DNA from: Verrucomicrobiia bacterium
GTDB taxonomy: Bacteria; Verrucomicrobiota; Verrucomicrobiia; Limisphaerales; UBA1319
Direction: 5' to 3'
Assembly (NCBI GenBank): GCA_963664225.1
Contig: OY760937.1
Location: 416,001-480,000, forward strand
DNA length: 64,000 bases
Shown here: positions 29,654 through 38,886 of the stretch, piece after piece
How the letters are laid out: every line of letters starts with the position of its first letter
Numbering within the stretch: the stretch's first letter is position 1
Made by a program: the position numbers and the translations under genes
Notes under the pieces: model-generated
Databases searched by the model: none
The model's input: the letters and a program-made list of their open reading frames with translations, nothing else
Told to the model about the DNA's origin: nothing

Positions 29654-30018
29654 AAGGGTGCGGAACAAAATTCTTCCGAGAGGACCTTTGTTGAACAACT
29701 CTCCTCGGTCCTCTCCCCGTTCGTGCCTGAGGTTGATTTGGGGCGAGGAGGTGGAATGCGCGATTCGCAAGGTTTTGGCTTTTGGACGCATGGGAGCAGA
29801 GAAGATCGCTGATGGCGCGCAAAATGCGTCGGCGCCAGGTGGACGGGCGGCGCGCACGGAGTGAGGTGACCGAGCAGAACATTCACGGAGCAAAGGACTG
29901 ATTTGAAGCGAGGCGAAAGATGGATTTGATTCAACGCCTACAGCGTTGAGGATTCTGAGGGACGAAGACCCCGTGAGGTTGCCCCGATTTGACGGACACA
30001 GGAGCGGAGCGAAACTTA

Positions 30019-30372
30019 ATGAAAAACCGTATGAAGCAATCTGTGATTCCCGATTCCAAGACTCATCCGAAGTATGATTCTGCATTTAAGCAGGAAGCCG
30101 TGAACCTCTGGAAATCCAGCGGGAAATCGGCAGCCACGGTGGCGGCTGAGTTGGGGATAAAAATGGAGCGGCTCTATGCCTGGCGCGCAAAATATGTGCC
30201 GCTGCCAACAGGGGAAGGAGCCGAAACAAAGACCCGTGAGCAGTTGCTGGCCGACAATGCCGCTTTGTTGCGCGAACTGGACTATGTGCGCCAGCAGCGG
30301 GAGATTCTAAAAAAAACGTTGGGAATTCTTTCGGACCCCCAGAGCAACGCTATCAACGGGTTGAAGCGATGA
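30019..30372 (+). CDS. IS3 transposase OrfA (HTH plus leucine zipper)
   Basis: YDSAFKQEAV...VAAELGI...LYAW; ends near EILKKT, with A8C slippery run at 30309-30317. Confidence 0.9.
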   Translation: MKNRMKQSVIPDSKTHPKYDSAFKQEAVNLWKSSGKSAATVAAELGIKMERLYAWRAKYVPLPTGEGAETKTREQLLADNAALLRELDYVRQQREILKKTLGILSDPQSNAINGLKR

Positions 30373-31211
30373 AAGTCGATCATCCCATCCGCCTGCTCTG
30401 TGAGGCCTTTGATGTGTCTTTTAGCGGCTACTATGATTGGTGCCGACGGCAAATCCAGCCTTCGTTGCGTGCCCGTCAGGACGCCGTATTGAAAGGGACC
30501 ATCACAACGATTTTCAATGGCAGCCGCAAAACCTATGGCAGCCCGCGCATCCAGATCGCCTTGAAGCACCAGGGGCACTGCCATGGTCGCAACCACATCG
30601 CCCGTTTAATGCGCCAGGAAGGCCTGCAGGCGCGTTCTAAAAAGCGTTTCAAGGTCCGAACCACCGACAGCAATCATGATCAGCCCATTGCCCCCAACCG
30701 GCTGGCTCAAGCCGCGCCACCGGACCAACGCAATCAGACTTGGGTCGGGGACATCACCTACATTGCCACCGATGAAGGCTGGCTCTATCTCGCTGGCATT
30801 GAAGACCTTTACAGCCGCCGCATCGTGGGTTGGGGCATGAGCGAGCACATTGACACCGAACTGGTCCTGTCGGCCTGGAACATGGCCTGCATTCAGCGGC
30901 AACCCGAACCCGGATTGCTCTTTCATTCAGACCGGGGAGTCCAGTATGCCAGTCAGGATTATCGCCGGGCGATGGAAACCTCCGGTGCCCTGGCGAGCAT
31001 GAGCCGCAGTGGCAACTGCTATGACAACGCGGCCATGGAATCCTTTTGGAGCACCCTTAAACAAGAACTGGTTTATCGCCGGGTCTTTGCGACCCGAGCC
31101 CAGGCCCGACAGGCCATCTTTGATTACATCGAGACCTTCTATAATCGACAGCGTTTACACAGCACACTCAATTACATGTCTCCTGTTGACTTTGAAAATA
31201 TATCCAAATAA
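30369..31211 (+). CDS. IS3 transposase OrfB (rve DDE integrase), probably fused to OrfA by a -1 frameshift
   Basis: YGSPRI, WVGDITY, DLYSRRIVGW, HSDRGVQY, GNCYDNAAMESF and YNRQRLHSTL motifs; ATGA overlap with orfA. Confidence 0.95.
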   Translation: MKVDHPIRLLCEAFDVSFSGYYDWCRRQIQPSLRARQDAVLKGTITTIFNGSRKTYGSPRIQIALKHQGHCHGRNHIARLMRQEGLQARSKKRFKVRTTDSNHDQPIAPNRLAQAAPPDQRNQTWVGDITYIATDEGWLYLAGIEDLYSRRIVGWGMSEHIDTELVLSAWNMACIQRQPEPGLLFHSDRGVQYASQDYRRAMETSGALASMSRSGNCYDNAAMESFWSTLKQELVYRRVFATRAQARQAIFDYIETFYNRQRLHSTLNYMSPVDFENISK

Positions 31212-31589
31212 CCTATATGTGTCTTCTGTGTCCGATTTATCGAAGCAAGCCCACCGGGTAGTCCCCGGCGGACAACCCGGGGCTGAGTGATTTAATCCCT
31301 TCGGGATAAAGAGATGTGTCGAGGAAGTTGGCGCGTTACGGGGGATGCCACCGCGCCGTCGACTGCGTCCTGACTGGGTCCGTACGGTTTAGGCTTTTAC
31401 CAGCTTCCTGAATTTTGTCCTGTGCCCGAAGCACGGGGGCGCACGACAAAAACCTTCGGAATGAATGTCGAACCCTCAGGAAGTCGGTCGGGGTTGAGGT
31501 AACGCGGGCATTTCCGCTCGGTGGATCGCAACCCGAAGCACCAGAGAAGAAGCGGCGTGACGGATGAACGACGCGCGTGTTGAGAATGT

Positions 31590-31731
31590 GCCGCCCCGCT
31601 GGGGCTTTGATTTCGATGGGGGCTTGAGTGCTATAAACATGTCGCGCCTCCGGCGCTTCGGATGCCGGACTTGGCGATGAACGCACGCCGGAATTGGAGA
31701 TTAAAGTGCGCAAAAACGCTCCGTAGGAGCG
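31590..31731. repeat. Cluster of REP-like mini-palindromes (5-6 bp stem, 3-nt loop)
   Basis: GCCCC-GCT-GGGGC (31593-31605), GCGCC-TCC-GGCGC (31644-31656), CGCTCC-GTA-GGAGCG (31717-31731). Confidence 0.6.
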
Positions 31732-31888
31732 ACATCTTATTAAGTCAATCATTTCCCCCTACACGCCGCATTTCCAGATCCCATCCTCCGCGCCTCCGTG
31801 CGACCGAAATCGCGCCGTCTTAAAGCCAGCGCTTAGCAAATAGCCAAAGCGACCTGACTGGGAGGAGGTGAGCCAATTCCAAAGCCGG

Positions 31889-32005
31889 TTTGGCTTGCTG
31901 GAGAGATTCAGAATACAGGGGGTCCATTCAAGGCCCCATTCAGCCACTCTCTTCATGGTCCATGTGCATCCCAGAACCAAACCGTAATCTAAGCGGACCC
32001 CTTTT
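31889..32005 (+). repeat. Repeat B copy 2
   Basis: Direct repeat of 28093-28170 plus a tail ending GGACCCCTTTT. Confidence 0.85.
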
Positions 32006-32068
32006 CAAGCCAATCAATGAAGGAAATAAAGAGATTGCAAACAGTTATTAATGTGCTAAAAATCAGTC

Positions 32069-33709
32069 ATGACAACAACGATGACGAAAGGAAACATTAT
32101 TGATATTCTGGCCGTATCGCGTTTGAGCCTCATTTCAATGGTGCTTCTCTTATCCAGCCTGCCAACGCCGGTCAGAGCCGACACGTTTGGCGATTTCACC
32201 TACACGACCAACAACTCTTCGATCACCATCACCGAATACAATGGTCCCGGAGGCAACGTGACCATTCCAGAGACCATCGGGGGTTTGCCCGTCATCCGTA
32301 TCGGGGATCGCGCGTTCGATTCCTGCACCAGTCTGACGAATGTGACGATCCCTGACAGTGTCAGCAGCATCGGACCCAATGCGTTCGCTTGGTGCAAGAA
32401 CCTGCCCAGCATCACGATTCCCAATAGCGTGACCAACATTGGGAACAGCGCGTTCGATTCCTGCATCAGCCTGACGAATGTCGCAATCCCTGACAGCGTC
32501 AGCAGCATCGGATACGGTGTTTTCGCTAACTGCAAGAACCTGCCCGGCGTCACGATTCCCAATAGCGTGACCAATATCGGAACCCAGGCATTCCTGTTCT
32601 GCACCGGCCTGACCAACGTAATCATTGGCAGTGGCGTCATCACTATTGGCAGCGAGTCCTTCTATGGCTGCATCCGCCTGACCGACACCACGATCCCCAA
32701 TAGCGTCACCACCATCGGAGACTATGCGTTCTCTGGCTGCAGCAGCCTGTCCAGCATCACGATCCCCAACAGCGTCACCCGCATCGGGAACTATGCATTC
32801 AATAATTGTGGATTGACCGGCATTACGCTCGGTAACAGCGTCACCAACATCGGAAGTTATGCCTTTGGCTGGTGCTACAGTCTGCCCAGCATCTCGCTCC
32901 CTGCCAGCGTCACCAGCGTCGGAAACCTGGCGTTCAACCAATGCCGCAGCCTGTCAGCCATCTCTGTCGATGTTTCCAATGCCGTCTTTTGCAGTGTGGA
33001 CGGAGTCCTGTTCGATTACAGCGGGACGACACTCCTCGTATATCCACCCGCCAAAGCCGATCGTTACACCATCTCCAACAACGTCACCCGCATCGGTGAT
33101 GGGGCGTTTAATTACTGCACCAGCCTGACCAGTATCACGATTCCCGAAGGTGTCACCACCATCGGAAATGTGGCATTCAATGAATGCACTCGCCTGACCA
33201 GTGTCACCATTCCCAACAGCGTCACAAATATCGGGCACAGTGCGTTCGCCTACTCTGCCTTGACCAATGTCACGATCGGGAGCAGCGTCACCAGGCTCGG
33301 AAACAATGCGTTCGATTTCTGCGAAAACCTGGTGGATGTCTATTTTCGAGGGAATGCCCCCAGCCTTGGTTCGGGGGGGTTCTTCAGTGACGATAAAGCG
33401 ACGATTTATTACCTGCCGGGGACCACAGGCTGGGCAACGACTTTTAACGGACGTCCGACCTCAAAATGGGTGCTTCCGAATCCGGTGATTTTAAATTTCG
33501 GTCCCAGCTTTGGAGTGCAAACCAACGGATTCGGTTTCACCATCTCGTGGGCTACAAACGCGCCCGTCATCGTGGAAGCCTCCACCAATCCGGCCACTCC
33601 CAGTTGGTCTCCTGTGACTACCAACACACTCAGTGAGGGGACCGCGTATTTCCGTGATGCCGAGTGGGCCAATTATCCCAGTCGCATTTATCGCCTAAGA
33701 ACGCCTTAG
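32069..33709 (+). CDS. BspA-type leucine-rich repeat (LRR_5) surface protein with C-terminal sorting-like domain
   Basis: About 23-aa repeats C-x-x-L-x-x-I/V-TIP-N/D-SV-T-x-IG-x-x-AF; signal peptide; tail ...VEASTN...W...YRLRTP. Confidence 0.92.
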   Translation: MTTTMTKGNIIDILAVSRLSLISMVLLLSSLPTPVRADTFGDFTYTTNNSSITITEYNGPGGNVTIPETIGGLPVIRIGDRAFDSCTSLTNVTIPDSVSSIGPNAFAWCKNLPSITIPNSVTNIGNSAFDSCISLTNVAIPDSVSSIGYGVFANCKNLPGVTIPNSVTNIGTQAFLFCTGLTNVIIGSGVITIGSESFYGCIRLTDTTIPNSVTTIGDYAFSGCSSLSSITIPNSVTRIGNYAFNNCGLTGITLGNSVTNIGSYAFGWCYSLPSISLPASVTSVGNLAFNQCRSLSAISVDVSNAVFCSVDGVLFDYSGTTLLVYPPAKADRYTISNNVTRIGDGAFNYCTSLTSITIPEGVTTIGNVAFNECTRLTSVTIPNSVTNIGHSAFAYSALTNVTIGSSVTRLGNNAFDFCENLVDVYFRGNAPSLGSGGFFSDDKATIYYLPGTTGWATTFNGRPTSKWVLPNPVILNFGPSFGVQTNGFGFTISWATNAPVIVEASTNPATPSWSPVTTNTLSEGTAYFRDAEWANYPSRIYRLRTP

Positions 33710-33763
33710 GAGTCGGGTGATAGACTGCTTAGATCACACAGAAAACAGGGCAAAGACGAAGCC

Positions 33764-33817
33764 GCCACAGATTCACATGGGGCAACACAGATTTGGAGCA
33801 TCGGAGGAAATCATCCG
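33764..33817 (+). repeat. Repeat C copy 2
   Basis: Direct repeat of 29599-29653. Confidence 0.92.
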
Positions 33818-33878
33818 GGGGGGATGGCCTCCAAAACACTGGTCAGGGAGTCGGGTTTCGCGCTAGGGTGGGGCCAGA

Positions 33879-35051
33879 ATGAAGACGTTACACGGTTATT
33901 TGACGCGACAGGTATTGGCCACATTGGTCATGACCGTGGCTGTGTTCGCCTTCGTGCTGCTTTTGGGCAACGTGCTCAAGGAAATCCTGATGCTGCTGGT
34001 GAACCGTCAGGCCACACTCTGGCTGGTGATTCAGGCCATCGCGTTATTGGTTCCCTTTGTGCTCGTGTTTGCGCTGCCGATGGGAATGTTGACGGCCACG
34101 CTGCTGACCTTTGGGCGGTTCAGCGCGGATCAGGAATTGACGGCGGCGCGTTCCAACGGAATCAGCCTGTTGGCGCTGGCGATGCCGATCCTGGTTTTGA
34201 GCGTGGTCCTGAGCGGGTTGAGCGCGGTCTTCAATATGAAGCTGGGGCCGCAGTGCCGGGTGGCCTACAAGGACCTGCTCATGCAGTATGGAACGCGGCA
34301 GCCCACGTCGATCATCACCGAGGGCCGCTTCATCACCGATATTCCCGGTTACATCATTTATGTGAACAAGGTGAAGGACAATCACCTGGACGATGTGCTT
34401 TTTTGCAGGACCGAAAACGGACAGATTGTGCAGCGCATCCGGGCCGACAGCGGACAGTTGGTTCAGGGCACTAATTCGCGGCAATTCCTTCTTCAATTGA
34501 CCAACATCTCGATGACCATGTATCTGCCTGACAAGCAGGAATGGATTCCTACTTCGGCGGATGAAAACACGGTGACCGTGGATTTTAATTCCGCGTCAAA
34601 ATCGCGGGACAACCTCAATTACAGCGACATGACCTTTGCGCAATTGGTGGCGGAGAAGCGGCAGTTGGAGAAACTGCTGATGGAGCCGCCGGTGAAGGGG
34701 CAGACCAATGGCGCGGAAATGCGCAAGGAAATCCAGCGCATGAGCTCGATGAAAGAGGATCTGCTCATGCCGATCACGGTGCAGATGAACCAGCAGGTGG
34801 CCTTTTCCTTTGCGTGCATCGGGTTCACCCTGGTGGGCATTCCGCTGGGCATCCGGGCGCATCGTCGTGAAACCAGCGCCGGCATCGGAATCGCCCTGGT
34901 GTTGGTGTTGGTTTATTACAGTTTTATCATTCTGGCCCAATCCCAGCAAACCCACGCTGAATTCGCGCCGCAATTGATTGTCTGGCTGCCGAATATTGTT
35001 TTCCAGGCCGTTGGCGCCGTCCTGCTTTGGCGCGCGAACCGGGGCATTTGA
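33879..35051 (+). CDS. LptF/LptG-family LPS export permease
   Basis: 3+3 transmembrane layout; RFSADQELTAARSNGISL, GIPLGI and WLPNIVF motifs. Confidence 0.9.
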   Translation: MKTLHGYLTRQVLATLVMTVAVFAFVLLLGNVLKEILMLLVNRQATLWLVIQAIALLVPFVLVFALPMGMLTATLLTFGRFSADQELTAARSNGISLLALAMPILVLSVVLSGLSAVFNMKLGPQCRVAYKDLLMQYGTRQPTSIITEGRFITDIPGYIIYVNKVKDNHLDDVLFCRTENGQIVQRIRADSGQLVQGTNSRQFLLQLTNISMTMYLPDKQEWIPTSADENTVTVDFNSASKSRDNLNYSDMTFAQLVAEKRQLEKLLMEPPVKGQTNGAEMRKEIQRMSSMKEDLLMPITVQMNQQVAFSFACIGFTLVGIPLGIRAHRRETSAGIGIALVLVLVYYSFIILAQSQQTHAEFAPQLIVWLPNIVFQAVGAVLLWRANRGI

Positions 35052-35102
35052 TTTCAATAACAAGGTTGACAGGCGGGCCGGGACCGGATGATGCTCCCGC
35101 CC

Positions 35103-36620
35103 ATGAATCACGCAAAATATCTCACGGCATTGTTGGCCGTATCCGCCCTGTCCATGGGGTTGGCACACCAGGCGCAGGCGGACGTCCGGCTGCCCGGGGT
35201 TTTCTCGGATCACATGGTTCTTCAACAAGGCGCGCGCACGGCCGTTTGGGGCTGGGCCGATGAAGGGGAAGCGGTCACCGTCCAATTCCGGACCCAAAAG
35301 GTTCAGGTCGTTGCCAAAAATGGCCAGTGGAGCGTCAGCCTGAAGAATTTGAAGGCGGGCGGCCCCGACACCCTGACCGTGACGGGTAAAAACACCCTCT
35401 CCCTTCACGATGTGCTGGTGGGTGAGGTCTGGGTCTGCAGCGGTCAGTCCAACATGGAATTTGCCATGAAAGGCTCGTTCCAAAGCCAGGCCGATATCGA
35501 GAATTCGACCAACCCGAACATCCGCTTTTTCACGGTGCCCAAGTTGAAAGCGAACACCCCAACGAACGATGTTCCCTCCTCGTGGCTGGAATGCAATCCG
35601 CAGTCCACCGTGTGGTTTTCGGCGGTGGGATATTATTTTGGACGCGATCTTCAGAAAGCCCGGGGCGTTCCCGTGGGGTTGATTCACACCTCCTGGGGTG
35701 GTTCGCCTGCGGAAGTCTGGATGAGCGAAAAAGCGCTGGAGTCAAACCCGGCCTACAAAAAAGATATTCTCGACGTTTATCCGGCTCAGTTGGCCCAATA
35801 CGAGCAGGATCTGGCGAAATGGAAGCAGGAGACCGCCGCCCTGGAGAAGGAGGGAAAGAAGCAAACCCGCTGGCAGCCCTGGCCTTCCTGGAAGCCCACG
35901 GAATTGTATAACGGCATGATCGCGCCGCTGATTCCCTACACGATCAAGGGCGCCATCTGGTATCAGGGCGAGTCCAATGCCGGGCGCGCCTGGCAGTATC
36001 GCACCTTGTATGCGGACATGATCCGCAATTGGCGGCTGGACTGGCATTCGGGCGATTTCACGTTCCTTTGCGTCCAATTGGCGCCGTTTACCAATATCCA
36101 GCCCGCTCCCGGCGAAAGTGACTGGGCGGAATTGCGCGAGGCTCAACTGATCTCCACCAAGGTTCTGCCCAAGGTCGGCATGGCGGTCATCACCGATGTG
36201 GGTGACGAGAAGGATATTCATCCCACGAAAAAAGAGCCGGTGGGCGCGCGCCTGGCCCTGGCGGCCCGCGGCATCGCCTATGGCGAGCGGATCGTCTATT
36301 CCGGCCCCGAGTATAAAAGCATGAAGGTCAAAGGCAGCGAGATTATTCTGAGCTTCAAATCCGTGGGTAGCGGACTCGAAGCCCGTGGCGGCGATCTGAA
36401 GGGCTTTGCCATTTGTGGCGCGGACAAGAAATTTGTCTGGGCCAAGGCCGAAATCAAGGGGAACAAAGTGGTCGTCAGCAGCCCTGACGTGGCCGCTCCT
36501 GTGGCGGTGCGTTATGGCTGGGCCAATTATCCCGTGGTCAACTTGTGGAACAAGGACGGCCTGCCGGCCACGCCGTTCCGCACGGACGACTTTACGATGA
36601 TTACGGCGCCCAAGCTGTAA
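35103..36620 (+). CDS. Sialate O-acetylesterase (SASA domain), secreted
   Basis: FSDHMVLQ, GEVWVCSGQSNM, IWYQGESN, DIHP and VRYGW motifs. Confidence 0.92.
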   Translation: MNHAKYLTALLAVSALSMGLAHQAQADVRLPGVFSDHMVLQQGARTAVWGWADEGEAVTVQFRTQKVQVVAKNGQWSVSLKNLKAGGPDTLTVTGKNTLSLHDVLVGEVWVCSGQSNMEFAMKGSFQSQADIENSTNPNIRFFTVPKLKANTPTNDVPSSWLECNPQSTVWFSAVGYYFGRDLQKARGVPVGLIHTSWGGSPAEVWMSEKALESNPAYKKDILDVYPAQLAQYEQDLAKWKQETAALEKEGKKQTRWQPWPSWKPTELYNGMIAPLIPYTIKGAIWYQGESNAGRAWQYRTLYADMIRNWRLDWHSGDFTFLCVQLAPFTNIQPAPGESDWAELREAQLISTKVLPKVGMAVITDVGDEKDIHPTKKEPVGARLALAARGIAYGERIVYSGPEYKSMKVKGSEIILSFKSVGSGLEARGGDLKGFAICGADKKFVWAKAEIKGNKVVVSSPDVAAPVAVRYGWANYPVVNLWNKDGLPATPFRTDDFTMITAPKL

Positions 36621-36634
36621 TTTGAAGGCGTTTC

Positions 36635-36673
36635 AGGCGGATGGGCTGATCCAATGGTCCATCCGCTTTTTTT
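36635..36673 (+). terminator. Intrinsic terminator
   Basis: GGCGGATGGGC...GTCCATCCGCT followed by a T-tract. Confidence 0.75.
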
Positions 36674-36774
36674 ATGAACTCGTCGTGGTCGTTTTTATCA
36701 AATTCCAAAGTCCGCATGGTTTCTTAACGGAATATTGACGTTGAGCCCACTTTGACCGCTAATCTAGCGCACAC

Positions 36775-37386
36775 ATGAAAACACTTATTACCAGGATGGC
36801 GCGAAATATCGCCTTGGGTTGTCTCCTGCTGGCCTGCGTGGCCCCAACCGCGCGCAGCGCCGAAGCCGAGTGGACCACCCTATTTAACGGAAAAGACCTC
36901 ACCGGATGGACGGGGGTAAACGATGTAAGTTTTGAGGTCAAGGACGGCAATCTGCGCCTGGTTAAAGGCATGGGTTGGCTGCGCGCCGAAAAGGAATATG
37001 GCGATTTTGTATTGGAACTCGAGTTTCGCGCGTTGGAGGAAAAATATGACAGCGGCATTTATTTCCGCAGCGGACTCGTGGGCAAACCCTGGCCCGATGG
37101 CGGCTGGCAATTAAACCTGCGGTACGATGCCCTCGCCGGACTGGTCAAGGGCTACTCTCCCATCGTTCCCTCGGAGACGCCCAAGATCGCGTTGAACAAA
37201 TGGATGAAACTGCACCTGGTGGTCAAGGGTAAAAAGGTGACGCTGGATGTGGATGGCGAACGCGCCTGGGAATACGATGGCATTGATAAGGAGCGCGGCT
37301 ACATCGGCATTCAGGCTGAGAACAAATCGTTCGATTTCCGCAATATACGGATTCAGTCGCTCGCGAGTGACGCCCCGGCCAAGTAA
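36775..37386 (+). CDS. DUF1080 / 3-keto-disaccharide hydrolase domain protein
   Basis: LFNGKDLTGW, YGDFVLELEF, DSGIYFR and GYIGIQ...FRNIRI motifs. Confidence 0.9.
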   Translation: MKTLITRMARNIALGCLLLACVAPTARSAEAEWTTLFNGKDLTGWTGVNDVSFEVKDGNLRLVKGMGWLRAEKEYGDFVLELEFRALEEKYDSGIYFRSGLVGKPWPDGGWQLNLRYDALAGLVKGYSPIVPSETPKIALNKWMKLHLVVKGKKVTLDVDGERAWEYDGIDKERGYIGIQAENKSFDFRNIRIQSLASDAPAK

Positions 37387-37406
37387 TCCGTTTCCGCAGA
37401 TTTTCG

Positions 37407-37450
37407 AAAAGGGTCCGTTTGGCAAATCAAAATGCTGAACGGACCTTTTT
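37407..37450. terminator. Bidirectional terminator between convergent genes
   Basis: AAAAGGGTCCGTTT...GAACGGACCTTTTT. Confidence 0.75.
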
Positions 37451-37451
37451 A

Positions 37452-38858
37452 TTATTTGCGCGCGAGCGCTTCAGAGGCCGGTTTATCTGCGGCATCGGCC
37501 ACTTGAGTGGGAGGCGCCAGAGAGGATAAATAATCACCCAGCGCCTGGACTTCATCGGGGGTGCCGACCATGGGAGGCATAAAGGCGCGATAAGGAGAGT
37601 CTGGTTTGTAATCGTGCAGAATCTTGAGGAGACTGCTGATGGCTTCGCGATTCCTGCCCGCCAGCAGACGTTTCATGGGACGATAGACATCCCGCGTATG
37701 GCAGGCCAGGCACTGACCACGAAAAATGGCTTCACCCCGCGCAAAAGTGTTCGTGGTAGCCGCTCCCTGGGCGACCCATAAAGTGTGCTTGAGATAGCCT
37801 TCCGCATTGATCTTCGCTACGTCGCTTTTTCGTACTCCGTTGGAGAACATGTGCTGGCCGATCACGTAGGGTTTGCGGAGCATCTCGCGGGCGTATTCGG
37901 TGGAGGCCGTCGCCATCAGCGCCAGAAACATCACGGCCAATGCGTGCGCGCGACTGAAATCGTTCGGCGTGCGCCAGGCGAAGAAATACACGACACCGGA
38001 TATCGTGGCCGAGGTCATGACGATGATCAGCACGGTGCGGGTGACCTGCGTGAACGCCCCGGTGCCAATGGTCGATATGCCGAATTGGAGCAACGCGCGC
38101 TGGCCCTCAGGCACCATCCACAAAAACCACGCCAGGCAAAACGGCATCAGCAGAAAAGCGGGGACGAGCCATTTGGCGCTCCAGCGCACGAGTTCCGTTT
38201 TAAGTTTGGCATTATTGGAAATCTCGATGCGGCTGCAGTTGAACAGCGCCCAAACACCGGCGAGCGATACGCAGGCCAGCGCCCTCAAGAACAGGCTTGG
38301 CCAGTAGGTGGGGTTAAAGAACGCCTGCCAGAATCGGCTGGCTTCATGGCCTGTGCCCGCGACTTCCAACCAGGATCCTCCGGGCGTGAGCATGAAGGTC
38401 AGAATGCCGTTGATGATGACCAGCGTGAAGATCGAGGCGACGGCATAGACGTAGCCAATCTTTAAATGCAATTCCTTCGAGACCCGCCCCCAAGTGTAGT
38501 AATAAACCGCCGCCGTGGTCAGCTCGACCATGAAGAAGACCCACTCGATGGCCCAGCCGAAGACGAAGTTGTGAATCAACGTGCTGGTGGCTTCGGGATT
38601 CGTGAGTCCAATGGAAAACCAGATGCCTACACCCGACACGGCTCCAAACACGCCGGTCAGCACCAGAAAGAACTTGGAGTGTTTGTGCAGGATTTCGAGC
38701 CAGTCCTTGCGGCCCTCGCGCAAGGCCTTGCTTTCCGCCATCGGCAGATAAAGGCCGCCTCCCACCGCAAAGTGGGAAATCATGACGTGAAAAATGGCTA
38801 TGATGCCAATCACCCAACCGCTGCCCAGGTGGGGAACATCCCAAAACGGATAATTCAT
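37452..38858 (-). CDS. Cytochrome bd-superfamily subunit I (CydA-like) fused to a C-terminal class I cytochrome c
   Basis: Helix-1 His (FHVMISHFAVGGG), GAVSGVGIWF, WAIEWVFFMVE, FFNP and REMLRKPY (equivalent to ExGRQPW); then CLACH with a distal MPP. Confidence 0.85.
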   Translation of the reverse strand: MNYPFWDVPHLGSGWVIGIIAIFHVMISHFAVGGGLYLPMAESKALREGRKDWLEILHKHSKFFLVLTGVFGAVSGVGIWFSIGLTNPEATSTLIHNFVFGWAIEWVFFMVELTTAAVYYYTWGRVSKELHLKIGYVYAVASIFTLVIINGILTFMLTPGGSWLEVAGTGHEASRFWQAFFNPTYWPSLFLRALACVSLAGVWALFNCSRIEISNNAKLKTELVRWSAKWLVPAFLLMPFCLAWFLWMVPEGQRALLQFGISTIGTGAFTQVTRTVLIIVMTSATISGVVYFFAWRTPNDFSRAHALAVMFLALMATASTEYAREMLRKPYVIGQHMFSNGVRKSDVAKINAEGYLKHTLWVAQGAATTNTFARGEAIFRGQCLACHTRDVYRPMKRLLAGRNREAISSLLKILHDYKPDSPYRAFMPPMVGTPDEVQALGDYLSSLAPPTQVADAADKPASEALARK

Positions 38859-38886
38859 ATTACAACCAACATGTTAAAATACTTCA

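Larger units (their letters stand above)
29974..31253 (+). mobile_element. IS3-family insertion sequence, 1280 bp, intact
   Basis: TG...CA ends. Left repeat TGAGGTTGCCCCGATTTGACGGACACAGGAG versus reverse-complemented right repeat TGGGCTTGCTTCGATAAATCGGACACAGAAG. 3-bp target duplication CCG at 29971-29973 and 31254-31256. Confidence 0.93.

Noticed and set aside
29447..30085. 212-aa minus-strand ORF
   Set aside because: Crosses repeats A and C, a REP and the IS3 left end; no coding signature.
32300..33330. 69-bp periodic DNA repeats
   Set aside because: Fully explained by the 23-aa LRR_5 coding repeats.
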